Numbered from the stretch's first letter, positions 28,970-39,292 are shown. The stretch: DNA of 64,000 nt from Gemmatimonas sp. (GCA_965279375.1 OZ257156.1:800001-864000), one strand, 5' to 3'. The notes: generated from the sequence alone by a model not told the origin. A program made the numbers and translations.

Positions 28970-29004
28970 AGGGTGCCCGCCGAGTGTGCGGGCACCCTTT
29001 CTCT
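28970..29004 (+). terminator. Probable Rho-independent terminator
   Basis: AGGGTGCCCGC-7 nt-GCGGGCACCCT followed by TTCTCT. Confidence 0.55.
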
Positions 29005-29016
29005 ATTCCCCCCCAA

Positions 29017-31629
29017 ATGCGATTCGCATCCCGCTCGCTGGTGGCCGCACGGCTGGTGGCCGCTGGGTTCCTGCTCGCGTCGTGCCGCCCGGCCGCCAAG
29101 CCCGCCGCACCGACTCCGGCCCCGAACCGTCCTAACGCTGGTGCCCCAACGCCCGGCGCGCCTACGCCCGGCAATCCGACGCCTGGTACGCCCACCCCGG
29201 GCGCGCCCGGACAGCTACCCGGCGGCGCCCCGAATCTCGGCGCACTCGCCGGTGCGCTGGCGGGCGGCGGTGACCCCAATCCGCGCCCGTACGCGACGGT
29301 GATCACGCCGCGCGCGAAGAGCAAGAAGGGGGTGTTCGATGTCCACCAGATCGGCTCCCGACTCTACTTCGAGATCCCGGCCGACCAGCTGAACAAGGAC
29401 TTCGTCATCACCTCGGTGCTCGCCGGCACCGCCGCCAGCATCGGCATCAACGGCACGCTCGGCACCGACAAGGTCATTCGGTTCGAGCGTCGCGAGAATC
29501 GCATCTTCGTTCGCGACATCAACTACGACAACGTCGCCACCGACACCTCGCTGTCGACGGCGCGCGCGATGTCGCTGATCGGCGTCTTCCCGATCATCAC
29601 CGCGCTGAACGTGGAAGCGTATGGCAAGGACAGCGCGGCCGTGGTGGAAGTGACGCGCATGTTCACCGGCGGCGTGCAGGAGTTCGTCGCGAACGGACGT
29701 CGCGCCAATGTGGACGCGACGCGCTCGTACATCGATCGCTACGCCGCCTTCTCGCGCAACGTCAACGTGACGGCGGTGCAGACGTACACGCCGCAGGGTG
29801 GCGCGGGCGGCCTGCCCAACATCCCGGGCCTCACCCTCGGCGGCGGCCCCTCGGCAGTCACTGAAGCGTTCACCTTCTCGATCGTGCGTCTGCCGGACGT
29901 CGCGATGATGCCGCGTCTGATGGATGCACGCGTCGGCTTCTTCGGCGAGACCAAGACCGACTTCGGCTCGCCCGAGCAGCGCGTGCTGCCGCGTCGCTAC
30001 ATCGCGCGCTGGCGCCTCGAGTGCTCGGACAAGATGGAAGGCAACCTCTGCGTGCCCAAGAAGCCGATCACGTACTATGTCGATCCGGCCACGCCGAACT
30101 GGCTCAAGCCGTACATCAAGGCGGGCATTGAAGAGTGGCAGGCCGCGTTCGAACTGGCCGGCTTCAGCAAGGGCATCGTCGCGGGCACCGTCCCCAACGA
30201 TCCGGATTTCTCGGGTGAAGACGCCTCGGTGGCAATGGTGCGCTGGCTGCCGTCGCCGGTCGCCAATGCCGTCGGACCGAGCACCGTGGATCCGCGCAGC
30301 GGCGAAATCATCGACGCCGACGTGCAGATGTATCACAACATCATGGACCTGCAGCGTGAGTGGTACTTCTCGCAGGTGGGCCATCTCGACAAGCGCGCGC
30401 AGACCTTCCCGTTCCCCGATACGCTGATGGGCAAGCTGGTGCAGTTCGTGGCCGCACACGAAGTCGGTCACACGCTGGGCTTCCCGCACAACATGAAGGG
30501 GAGCTCGACGTATCCGGTGGATTCCATCCGCTCCAAGACGTGGATCGCGAAGATGGGCCACTCGCCGTCGATCATGGACTACGCGCGCTTCAACTACATC
30601 GCGCAGCCGGAAGACGGCATCGCCCTCGGCGACCTCATCCCCCGCGTCGGTCCGTATGACAAGTACGCCGTGATGTGGGGCTACAAGCCGATCGCCGGTG
30701 CCCGTACGCCGGAAGCCGAGCGCGCCACGCTCGACTCGTGGTCGCGCATGCAGGACACGGTGCCTTGGTATCGCTTTGGTGGCGGTGCGATCGATCCGGG
30801 CGAACAGTCGGAAGCGATTGGCGACGCCGATGCCGTGAAGTCCACGCGCCTCGGCTTCAAGAACCTCAAGCGCATCGTCGATCTCGTCGTGCCGGCGTCC
30901 ACCATGGACAAGACGGCCGACTATTCACTGCTCCGCGCCACGTACGGCGGCGTGCTCAATCAGTGGGCCACCGAAGCGCAGCATGTCACGCGCATCGTCG
31001 GCGCCATGAACAAGCAGGAAAAGGCGGTCAGCCAGAACGGACCGGTGTTCACGGCCGTGTCGCGCGCACGTCAGAAGGAAGCAGTGCAGTTCCTCAACGA
31101 CGAAGTGTTCACGACGCCGACGGCGATGATCAAGCCGGACATCCTGCGCAAGCTCGAATCCGACGGCAACATCAACCGCGTCAGCGGAGCACAGGGTCGC
31201 GTGCTGGGCTCGCTCGTGGCGAACGCCAAGTTGCAGCGCATGGTGGAGTTCGAAGCGATGTCCACCAACAAGGCGGATGTCTATCCACTCGGCGAGATGC
31301 TGACCGATCTCCGTCGCGGTCTCTGGAAGGAGATCTACACGGGTGCCCCGATCGACGCGTACCGTCGTCGCCTGCAGGCCACGTACGTCGAGGCGATGGC
31401 CAGCAAGATCAAGCCGCCCGCGCCAAGCGCGCAGGAACTGGCGATCGCGCAAATCATCGGCGGCGGCGTGGTGAACACCCGCGACTTCCGCCCGCTGCTC
31501 AAGGACGAAATGCGTACGCTCGATCGTGAGCTGGCGGCGGCCGTCGGCAAGACCAATGATCGTACGACGCGCGCGCATCTGAGCGACGTGCGCGATCAGA
31601 TCAAGGCGATGCTGGATACGGACAAGTAG
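29017..31629 (+). CDS. Zinc-dependent metalloprotease lipoprotein (EcxA-like), copy 2
   Basis: ATG 29017, lipobox LASC, PTPGx repeats in linker; DPRSGEIIDAD; HEVGHTLGFPH; SIMDY; clear paralogue of 23913-26489. Confidence 0.92.
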   Translation: MRFASRSLVAARLVAAGFLLASCRPAAKPAAPTPAPNRPNAGAPTPGAPTPGNPTPGTPTPGAPGQLPGGAPNLGALAGALAGGGDPNPRPYATVITPRAKSKKGVFDVHQIGSRLYFEIPADQLNKDFVITSVLAGTAASIGINGTLGTDKVIRFERRENRIFVRDINYDNVATDTSLSTARAMSLIGVFPIITALNVEAYGKDSAAVVEVTRMFTGGVQEFVANGRRANVDATRSYIDRYAAFSRNVNVTAVQTYTPQGGAGGLPNIPGLTLGGGPSAVTEAFTFSIVRLPDVAMMPRLMDARVGFFGETKTDFGSPEQRVLPRRYIARWRLECSDKMEGNLCVPKKPITYYVDPATPNWLKPYIKAGIEEWQAAFELAGFSKGIVAGTVPNDPDFSGEDASVAMVRWLPSPVANAVGPSTVDPRSGEIIDADVQMYHNIMDLQREWYFSQVGHLDKRAQTFPFPDTLMGKLVQFVAAHEVGHTLGFPHNMKGSSTYPVDSIRSKTWIAKMGHSPSIMDYARFNYIAQPEDGIALGDLIPRVGPYDKYAVMWGYKPIAGARTPEAERATLDSWSRMQDTVPWYRFGGGAIDPGEQSEAIGDADAVKSTRLGFKNLKRIVDLVVPASTMDKTADYSLLRATYGGVLNQWATEAQHVTRIVGAMNKQEKAVSQNGPVFTAVSRARQKEAVQFLNDEVFTTPTAMIKPDILRKLESDGNINRVSGAQGRVLGSLVANAKLQRMVEFEAMSTNKADVYPLGEMLTDLRRGLWKEIYTGAPIDAYRRRLQATYVEAMASKIKPPAPSAQELAIAQIIGGGVVNTRDFRPLLKDEMRTLDRELAAAVGKTNDRTTRAHLSDVRDQIKAMLDTDK

Positions 31630-31675
31630 TCTCTTGAGGTCTGAGCGCTTGGCTTGCGTGAGGGATTGGCAGAGC

Positions 31676-31827
31676 GGATAGAAACAGCAACTGCATTGGT
31701 ACTGCCGATTACACGGATGAAAAAGGAAACGCACGGATACTGCGGAGTGGACATCACTCGCTGTATCCGTGCGTTTCCCAGTTAAATCCCTGTTATCGGC
31801 AGTTCCATGCAGTTGCAGTTCCTATCC
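31676..31827. repeat. ~150-nt imperfect inverted repeat between convergent genes
   Basis: GGATAG..GCAACTGCAT..ACTGCCGAT..GGAAACGCACGGATAC..GAGTG / CACTC..GTATCCGTGCGTTTCC..ATCGGCAGT..ATGCAGTTGC..CTATCC. Confidence 0.85.
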
Positions 31828-31872
31828 CCTCAACTGCATCGCCTTACGCGACCACGGCAGTCATCCGCCGCG

Positions 31873-33234
31873 TCAGTACCCCGGATTCTGCGTCAGATTC
31901 GGCGATGTGCGCGTGTCACGCAGCGGAATCGGGAACAGCGCCTGCCCCGGACGATCGGAGAAGCCCTTCACGGTCATCGCGCGACCCAGCCGATTCAGGT
32001 CGGGCCAGCGATCACCCTCGAACGCGAGTTCCAACCGACGCTCGAGCTCGATCTGCGACAACACCTGCGCCTGCGTGGTGACCTGATTGCCAAGCGTGTG
32101 CACCGCGAGTCCCGCACGGAGGCGCACCTTGTTGTACTCGGCTACCGCTTCCGCCAGACGATTGAGTCGTGCCAGCGCCTCGGCCTTGATCAGCACGATT
32201 TCCGCGAGACGGATCACGTGCACATGCTCGGTGCCAGGACGCGCGGAGTACTTGTTGCCATTCAGCGGTCGTCCCGCGTTGCCGCTTGGACGAATGCTCC
32301 ACGCCTTTCGCAGATCGCCGGCCGGATACGCGCCGTCGATGCTGGTGCTGGGCGCTACTTCTGCACGACCGACCTGCAGATAGTAGTTGGAGATGCCGTT
32401 CGTTTCGGTGGCGTTGAACGAGACGCGGAAGATGTCTTCCGTGGTGTTGCTGCCCGTCACCGAGAACAGATCGGCGTAGGGCACCGTGAGCGTATCGCGG
32501 CCAGCCAACACCTGATTGGCAAGATCCAACGCGGCCTGATAGTCCGCCGCCGCATTGGCGTTGCCCGCGAGCCCGGCGCGATAGAACAGCACACGGGCAC
32601 GCAATGCACGGGCCGCTGTCGGCGTCGCGTAGCGCGTGTTCGTGGTGTTGCGAATCAGCGCCGTCGCGCTGTCGAGATCCTTGAGCACTTGCGTGTACAC
32701 GTCGTTGACCGCGGTGCGTGTGTACGCCTGCGCTTCGGACGGTGCCGCGATCGGCTTGGTCGGCGTCGGTACTGCACCCCAGAACTTCACGAGATTGTGA
32801 AAGCCGAGTGCGCGCAGGAAATACGCCTGCCCCATCACGTCGCTGCGGATCGGATCCACAACGCTCGCCACGGTCGGCACGCGCTGCAGGATGACGTTGT
32901 CGCGATCGATCTGCTGATAGATCGCGGTCCACATCGCCGTGACTTCGGCGTTGTCCGCCTGCATGCGGTTGGTGGCAACTTCGCCGAGGTACTGGAAGGT
33001 GCCCGTCCACACGGTGTTGTCGGCCGGAAGATCACCGAGCAGCAGTGCAGAGAGGCCATAGTAGCTGCCGGACTGCAGGCCGTCGTACGCGCCGTTAAGC
33101 GCCGCGGTCGCCGTCGCTCCGTCGACGATCAGTTGGTCCTGTGGCAGCGAAGTGACCGGCTCGGTCTGCAGCACATCGCTGCATGCGGTCGCGCCGGTGG
33201 CGAGCAGCGCCAAAGCGAGGTGTCGGATGCGCAT
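31873..33234 (-). CDS. SusD/RagB family outer-membrane lipoprotein
   Basis: MRIRHLALALLATGATAC lipobox; QAYFLRAL, IRLAEIVLIKAEA, ERRLELAFEGDRWPDL, C-terminal QNPGY. Confidence 0.93.
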   Translation of the reverse strand: MRIRHLALALLATGATACSDVLQTEPVTSLPQDQLIVDGATATAALNGAYDGLQSGSYYGLSALLLGDLPADNTVWTGTFQYLGEVATNRMQADNAEVTAMWTAIYQQIDRDNVILQRVPTVASVVDPIRSDVMGQAYFLRALGFHNLVKFWGAVPTPTKPIAAPSEAQAYTRTAVNDVYTQVLKDLDSATALIRNTTNTRYATPTAARALRARVLFYRAGLAGNANAAADYQAALDLANQVLAGRDTLTVPYADLFSVTGSNTTEDIFRVSFNATETNGISNYYLQVGRAEVAPSTSIDGAYPAGDLRKAWSIRPSGNAGRPLNGNKYSARPGTEHVHVIRLAEIVLIKAEALARLNRLAEAVAEYNKVRLRAGLAVHTLGNQVTTQAQVLSQIELERRLELAFEGDRWPDLNRLGRAMTVKGFSDRPGQALFPIPLRDTRTSPNLTQNPGY

Positions 33235-33290
33235 GAGAGTGGTGGCTCGCGTCGTCGGGGCGCGATGCGTGAGGGTATCGATGTGGTTGA

Positions 33291-36200
33291 TCACCAGCCG
33301 GCGCTCACACCAAAGGTGAACGTGCGAGCGAGCGGGTAGGCGTAGTAGTCGACGCCCATGACCGTGTTGGAATTGGCGCCGTTGCTGTTCACGTCGGGGT
33401 TGTAGCCCAGATAATTGGTCCACGTGACGAGATTGCGCCCCGACACGTACAGACGGGCGTTGTCGGCACGCATCGAACGCGCGAGCGATGCCGGCAGGCG
33501 ATAGCCCAGCGTGACTTCCTGCAGCCGCACGAAGGAACCGTCTTCAACGAAGCGCGACGAGAGGAAGCGCGAGCCGCTGGTGGAGCCCATGCGCGGCTGG
33601 TTGGTGATGTCACCCGGCTTCTGCCAGCGATTGAGCACCGTCGCGATCTTGTTGTCGCGCGAGTTGCCGCCATCGTCGGAGAAGATGCGCACGAGATTGA
33701 GCACCTTGCCGCCCTGGCTGAACTGCAGGAATCCACGCAGGTCGAGGCCCTTCCACTCGATCGTGTTGGTGAGTCCACCGAAGTACTTGGGCTGCGGATT
33801 GCCTGCGAACGCAAGATCTGCCGCAACCGGTGCGGTCGTCTCGGTGCCATCGGCCTTGCGATACAACGCATTGCCCGTGGCCGGATCGACACGCAGGAAT
33901 TTGAATACGTAGAACGTGCCGAGCGGTTGGCCAACCGCAGCGACAGACGTCACGCGACCGCTGACAGTGCCGGTGATCGGCAGGCCATCGTACAGCTCGG
34001 TGATCTTGTTCTTGTTGAAGGTGACGTTGAGGTTGCTCGTCCACTCGAAGCCGCCACGCGTCGCCGCCTTCACATTCGTGGTCTGCAGGTTGAAATCGAA
34101 GCCGCGATTCTCGATCGCGCCGACGTTGTCCCACACGCTCGTGTAACCACTCGTTGCCGGCACCGGGCGCTGCACCAGCAGGTTGGACGTGGAGCGGTTG
34201 TACCAGTCCACGATCAGGTTCACGCGCTGATTGAAGAATCCGATGTCCGCGCCGATGTCCGTCTCTGCCGTCTGCTCCCACTTGAGGTTGGGATTGCCGA
34301 GCTGCGAGTTCACGAGGCCTGTGACACCGGAGTACGCCTGCGACGAAGCGAGCGTGCGGCTGGCGAAGTCGCTGATGCCCTGATTGCCCGTCGTGCCGTA
34401 GCTCGCGCGCAGCTTGAGCGTGGCAAGACTCGCGAGCGCGGATGCGAACGACTCATCGGTCACCGTCCACGCGCCGGAGACGGCGGAGAACTGGCCGTAG
34501 CGATTCGCGCTGCCGAAGCGCGACGAACCATCCGTACGGAAGCTCGCCGAGAGCAGATACTTGTCGCGCATCGACCAGTTGGCGCGCGCGAAGTAGGAGA
34601 CGAGCGTGTTCTCCGTGGCACCACCGTCGAACGTGCTGACCGCTGCCGCGTTGCGCACATAGCGTTCGAAGCCCGTGGGAAATCCGGTGCCCGACACATA
34701 GTTGAAGTCGGAGCTGTTGAGCTCCACGCTGCCGCCCGCCGTGATGGCGAGAGTCTGCCGGTCGGTGCGCAGTGCATCGAAGTTGAGGAATCCTTCGCTC
34801 ACGTAGCGCGTGGCCGCCGTGCGACCGCTCGCGCCTTCGCCGCCTACGCTCGCGCTCACCGCGCGATCGACCTTGGGAGAGCGCCAACGCAGCTCATCCA
34901 CCGTGTACACATCACCACCAACTCGGCCGGTGAGCGTCAGGCGATCGGTCGCGGTGAACTTGGCTTCGAGATTGCCCAGCGCGCGGAACGTGCGCGCGTT
35001 GAGCGTGCTGAATGCGGCGTACGCGACGGGATTGGAGTAGAGCAGGTTCTGCGACGTGCCTCCAAAGCCGAACGACGTACCGCGCACGGGAGAGAAGGGC
35101 TGCATCGCGATGGCGTTGGTCACCAGGCCGTCGAGATTGAGATCACCCGGGACGCGATCGTTGGATTCGCGCGTGAGTCCGATCGAGCTCGTGAACGTCA
35201 GACGCTTGCTGGCCTGCGCATCGAGGTTGAGGCGCACGGCCTGTCGGGCGTAGTCCGAGCCCAGCACGATGCCGCCCTGCGCGAAGTTCGCTGCGGAGAG
35301 GAACATGCGCAGCCGATCGGTGCCACCACTGACGCTCAACTGCACGTCGCTCATCGCCGCGCTGCGGAAGACGGCGTTCTGCCAGTCGGTATTGATGCTG
35401 TCAGTGCCCGCCGCAAACAATGCGGCCTGTCCTTGATTGGCGCGCCCTTCATTCATCAGCGTCACGTACTGCGTGGCGTTGAGCATGTCGACCGTGCGCT
35501 CCACCGACTGCGATCCCGCGTAGCTGTTGATGTTGAAGCGGAAGCGATTCCCGCCGGCACCACGCTTGGTGGTGATGAGCACGACGCCGTTGGAGCCGCG
35601 CGAACCATAGATGGCCGACGCCGCTGCGTCTTTCAGTACGTCGATGCTCGCGATGTCGTCCGGGTTGATGCCCGAGATCGGCGTCATGCGCTGGCCGCTC
35701 GTGCTCGTGATCTGCTCGAACGTGCCCTGCAACATGGGAATGCCGTCCACAACATAGAGCGGCTGGTTTCCGGCGTTGAGCGACGCCGGGCCTCTCACGC
35801 GCACCGATACGCCCGTACCCGGCTCGCCGCTGTTCTGCATCACCTGCACGCCGGCGATGCGCCCCTGCAGTGCGTTGTCGATGCTGGCCACGGGCAGCTG
35901 CGCGAACGCCGACGAGTCGACCGAGGAGATCGCGCTGCTTACTGTGGCGCGCTGCGTGCTGCCGTACCCGGTGGCGACCACTGTGGTGAGCAGCGTCGCG
36001 ACTGGCCGCAGTACGAAGTCCGCCGTCGCCGTGGCGCCCGACGTGACACTCACCGTCTGTGCGCGCGCGCCGTAGCCGATGCGCTGTGCGCGAACGGTCA
36101 CGCTACCCGCCGGTACGCCCAGCAGCTGATAGCTGCCGCTTTCGCCGGTGACGGTGCCCTTGGCGCTGCCGGGGATCGTCACCTGTGCGCCGGCGACGGG

Positions 36201-36347
36201 CCGGCCAGTGGAGGAGTCCGTCACCGTGCCGCGCACGGTTCCCGAGGGTTGGGCAAAGAGCTGTCGCGGAGCGAAGAGCGAGCACGCGAGGGCCACGGCG
36301 ATGGTCGCGGTGAGGCCGCGCCATCGCAAACGGCGGGATGGGAACAT
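33291..36347 (-). CDS. SusC/RagA family TonB-dependent receptor
   Basis: ATG 36347 after GGAG; PLYVVDGIP, IDVLKDAAASAIYGSRGSNGVVLITTKRG, NPNLKWEQT, terminal aromatic residue. Confidence 0.95.
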   Translation of the reverse strand: MFPSRRLRWRGLTATIAVALACSLFAPRQLFAQPSGTVRGTVTDSSTGRPVAGAQVTIPGSAKGTVTGESGSYQLLGVPAGSVTVRAQRIGYGARAQTVSVTSGATATADFVLRPVATLLTTVVATGYGSTQRATVSSAISSVDSSAFAQLPVASIDNALQGRIAGVQVMQNSGEPGTGVSVRVRGPASLNAGNQPLYVVDGIPMLQGTFEQITSTSGQRMTPISGINPDDIASIDVLKDAAASAIYGSRGSNGVVLITTKRGAGGNRFRFNINSYAGSQSVERTVDMLNATQYVTLMNEGRANQGQAALFAAGTDSINTDWQNAVFRSAAMSDVQLSVSGGTDRLRMFLSAANFAQGGIVLGSDYARQAVRLNLDAQASKRLTFTSSIGLTRESNDRVPGDLNLDGLVTNAIAMQPFSPVRGTSFGFGGTSQNLLYSNPVAYAAFSTLNARTFRALGNLEAKFTATDRLTLTGRVGGDVYTVDELRWRSPKVDRAVSASVGGEGASGRTAATRYVSEGFLNFDALRTDRQTLAITAGGSVELNSSDFNYVSGTGFPTGFERYVRNAAAVSTFDGGATENTLVSYFARANWSMRDKYLLSASFRTDGSSRFGSANRYGQFSAVSGAWTVTDESFASALASLATLKLRASYGTTGNQGISDFASRTLASSQAYSGVTGLVNSQLGNPNLKWEQTAETDIGADIGFFNQRVNLIVDWYNRSTSNLLVQRPVPATSGYTSVWDNVGAIENRGFDFNLQTTNVKAATRGGFEWTSNLNVTFNKNKITELYDGLPITGTVSGRVTSVAAVGQPLGTFYVFKFLRVDPATGNALYRKADGTETTAPVAADLAFAGNPQPKYFGGLTNTIEWKGLDLRGFLQFSQGGKVLNLVRIFSDDGGNSRDNKIATVLNRWQKPGDITNQPRMGSTSGSRFLSSRFVEDGSFVRLQEVTLGYRLPASLARSMRADNARLYVSGRNLVTWTNYLGYNPDVNSNGANSNTVMGVDYYAYPLARTFTFGVSAGW

Positions 36348-36591
36348 CGAATCTCCAGGGGCGGGGAGCGTACGCAGGCGCCGTATCGGCGCGTCACGTG
36401 ACTGGGGAGTGCTGCCGAGCCGTGACAATTCGAGGGAGGCGTCGTAATGGTCAAGGGATTTGTGACAGTGCGACTCTCTCGAGGGGCGAAACGTGCGCAT
36501 CGCGGTGACCTGATCGTGACGCGACACGGCCACGTGCCCGCTCAAGCTCGTTGTAACAGGTTCGATGCCCGTCTCGTACTTTTCTGTGCAA

Positions 36592-38463
36592 ATGACACTG
36601 TCAGCCAACAGCGCCGTCTCGGGCGACCTCTCCCCCCTCCGCAACGCCCTCCGCGGCCAATACGCGATCGAGCGAGAACTCGGGCGCGGCGGCATGGGCA
36701 TTGTCGTTCTGGCCCGGGATGAGCGTCTCGACCGTCAGGTGGCGCTCAAGGTGTTGCCGCCTGAACTCGCACTCGACGCGGACACGCGCGAGCGCTTCCT
36801 GCGTGAAGCCCGCATGTCCGCGCAGCTGTCACACCCCAACATCGTGCCCGTCTACCGGGCAGACGAAATCGGCGGCTTCGCCTTCTTCGCCATGGGTTTC
36901 GTGGATGGCGAGACGCTGGGCGACCGCATCCGGGATCGTGGGAAGCTGCCGGCGGCCGAAGTGGTGCGACTGCTGCGTGAGGTCGCGTGGGCACTGACCT
37001 ACGCACACGCGCGGGGCATCGTGCACCGCGACGTGAAGCCCGAGAACATCCTGATCGAGCGATCGTCGGGACGTGCGATCGTGACCGACTTCGGCATCGC
37101 CCGCGCCGACTTCAATCCGTCGCTCACGCAGGACGGCCACGTGCTCGGCACCGTGCACTACATGAGCCCCGAGCAGTCCACCGGTGAACCGTTCGATGGC
37201 CGGAGCGATCTGTACGCGCTGGGATGCGTCGGGTTCTTCGCGCTGAGCGGACGGCTGCCATTCGAGGGCTCCTCGCCGCAAGCGATTCTGATTGCACACG
37301 CCACCAAGCAGCCGCCGGCGTTGCGGAGTGTGGCGCCGCACGTGCCGGCGGCGCTGGCCACGGTGATCGATCGCTGCCTCGCGAAGCGGCCTGACGACCG
37401 CTACGAGCCGGAAGAGCTGTTCGACGCGCTGGGAAAGGCGTTCGATGCTGTCGAGAACGACGCACGCGAAACCACCGGACAGGCGACCGTGATCTCGAGC
37501 GATCAGGCGATGCTGGTGTGGCGGCGTGCGGCCGAACTGCAGGCAGAGGCCGCCGCGCGTCTCGAGAGCAAGATGCGTTCGGCGACGGAAACGCGATCGA
37601 TGACGACCGTCTCGGCCGGTACAACCGAGGCAGCGCGCGCGAGCAACGACGCGCCGGCACCGACGGATGCGTATCGTCTGCGCGACGTGGAAGCGGCGGC
37701 GGCCGAGGCGGGCATTTCGCAGAAGTACGTGGCGCTGGCGCTCGCCGAACTGAATGGCTCTCCGGATGCACTGCAGCGCATTCAGCCGACGTCGCGGTTC
37801 AAGGAGCAGCTGGCGACGCGTCTGTTCGGCACATCGCAGCGGACGCTGGCGGTTTCGCGAGTCGTTCGTGCCGCGCCTCGCGACGTGCTGCAGGCGTTGG
37901 GACGCACGTGGCAGGGTTCGCCCTGGCTGCTCTCGCTGCGCGATACCATTGGCGGGCACCCGCTGGATGGCGGCGTACTTGAGTTCGAACTCCCGGCGAT
38001 GGTCGATGGCAGCTACAAGTGGACCTGGACGCGATACGGCGTCTACGCGCCCGAGGTGCGGGTGACGCTCGCACCCGTGCCTGGGGATCCGCGGGCATGC
38101 GAGGTCACCATGAGCGTCGATCTGCGTCCCGGACTCACGCCGAACATGATCGGCTACGGCGTCATCGCCTCGTCGGTCTCCGGGGTGAGTGGGCTCATCG
38201 GTGCCGTCATCGCGAAGAAGGCGCTGGTCATGGCCGGCGTGGCGCTGCTCGGTCCGGCAGTCGGCGTGGCGGCGGTTCTGGGTCTGGCGGCACTCGCCGC
38301 GAGCGGGCCCTGCTATCGCTGGGAGATCCGCAAAGCGGGCGCCGAGATGCAGGCCGCGCTGGCCGCGATCGAGACGTCGCTGCGATCGATCGACATTTTC
38401 GGCAGCGCGCCGCCACCGCCTCCCAAGCCACCCTCAGATAGTTCGTTTCTGCTGGGGATGTGA
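36592..38463 (+). CDS. Hanks-type Ser/Thr protein kinase with C-terminal membrane segments
   Basis: LGRGGMG, VALKV, HRDVKPENIL, DFGIA, GTVHYMSPEQ, SDLYALG; two hydrophobic helices near the C-terminus. Confidence 0.93.
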   Translation: MTLSANSAVSGDLSPLRNALRGQYAIERELGRGGMGIVVLARDERLDRQVALKVLPPELALDADTRERFLREARMSAQLSHPNIVPVYRADEIGGFAFFAMGFVDGETLGDRIRDRGKLPAAEVVRLLREVAWALTYAHARGIVHRDVKPENILIERSSGRAIVTDFGIARADFNPSLTQDGHVLGTVHYMSPEQSTGEPFDGRSDLYALGCVGFFALSGRLPFEGSSPQAILIAHATKQPPALRSVAPHVPAALATVIDRCLAKRPDDRYEPEELFDALGKAFDAVENDARETTGQATVISSDQAMLVWRRAAELQAEAAARLESKMRSATETRSMTTVSAGTTEAARASNDAPAPTDAYRLRDVEAAAAEAGISQKYVALALAELNGSPDALQRIQPTSRFKEQLATRLFGTSQRTLAVSRVVRAAPRDVLQALGRTWQGSPWLLSLRDTIGGHPLDGGVLEFELPAMVDGSYKWTWTRYGVYAPEVRVTLAPVPGDPRACEVTMSVDLRPGLTPNMIGYGVIASSVSGVSGLIGAVIAKKALVMAGVALLGPAVGVAAVLGLAALAASGPCYRWEIRKAGAEMQAALAAIETSLRSIDIFGSAPPPPPKPPSDSSFLLGM

Positions 38464-38581
38464 GTCCGAAGCGCGGGGAGCGTTTGTGACGAGTCGATAA
38501 GGGCTCGGAGTATCTCGGGTGTTGGAAGACGCGGACTGCTCGTTCGGTGCCGCGATTCCGTCCACGCTCCCCTGGTGCTCC

Positions 38582-39292
38582 ATGCGTATCCGATCGTTCT
38601 CATTTTCCGCCCTGACCACGGCGCGCGGACAGCTGCTGCTGTTGGTGAGCGCCCTCACGGTCACCGCTTGTCTCTCCAGCGACCCGGTCAGCTCGACGAT
38701 CGTCGGATCGCTCTCCAAGGTGAGCGGCGACTCGCAAACCGTCGTGCACAACGTCGGGCTGGCCAGCCCGATGGTGGTCAAGGTGCTCGCGCAGAACGGC
38801 ACAGCGATCTCGGGCGCGACCGTGCGCTGGGCGATGGTCGCCGGCGACTCGGGCGCCGTGGCCGACTCGATCAGCACCAGCGATGCATCGGGGCTGGCCA
38901 GCATGATGTTCACGGCGGGCAGCGTCGCAGATTCAAGCGTGCAGGTGACGGCGACACTGGACGCCACTCAGCTCACGTTCACCCACAAGGTGACGCCCAG
39001 CCAGGCCACCGCGATCAAGCTGTTTCAGGGCGACGGTGCTGCTGGGATCGCCGGTGCGGTGGTGCAGTTGACCGTGCAAGTGACCGACAACGTCGGGAAC
39101 GCGATTCCCGGGGTGACCGTCGCCTGGGCGGTGGGCCCCAAGGGCGGAACGCTCGTCCCGTCGAATGTGGTCACCAGCAGCACCGGACTGTCGCGAGCCG
39201 CGCTCACGCTCGACGCCGGTGCGGGCACCTACACCGTGGTGGTGTCGAGCCCCGGACTGCCGCCGGTTACCTTCACGGTCACGCAGATCTAG
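38582..39292 (+). CDS. Lipoprotein with two bacterial Ig-like (Big_1-type) domains
   Basis: VTAC lipobox; repeated SGD.Q...VKV...G..I.G.TV.W...T.A.GLA modules. Confidence 0.78.
   Translation: MRIRSFSFSALTTARGQLLLLVSALTVTACLSSDPVSSTIVGSLSKVSGDSQTVVHNVGLASPMVVKVLAQNGTAISGATVRWAMVAGDSGAVADSISTSDASGLASMMFTAGSVADSSVQVTATLDATQLTFTHKVTPSQATAIKLFQGDGAAGIAGAVVQLTVQVTDNVGNAIPGVTVAWAVGPKGGTLVPSNVVTSSTGLSRAALTLDAGAGTYTVVVSSPGLPPVTFTVTQI

Noticed and set aside
36348..36591. Cobalamin or TPP riboswitch upstream of the TonB-dependent receptor
   Set aside because: Conserved core motifs of these riboswitches were not found by eye
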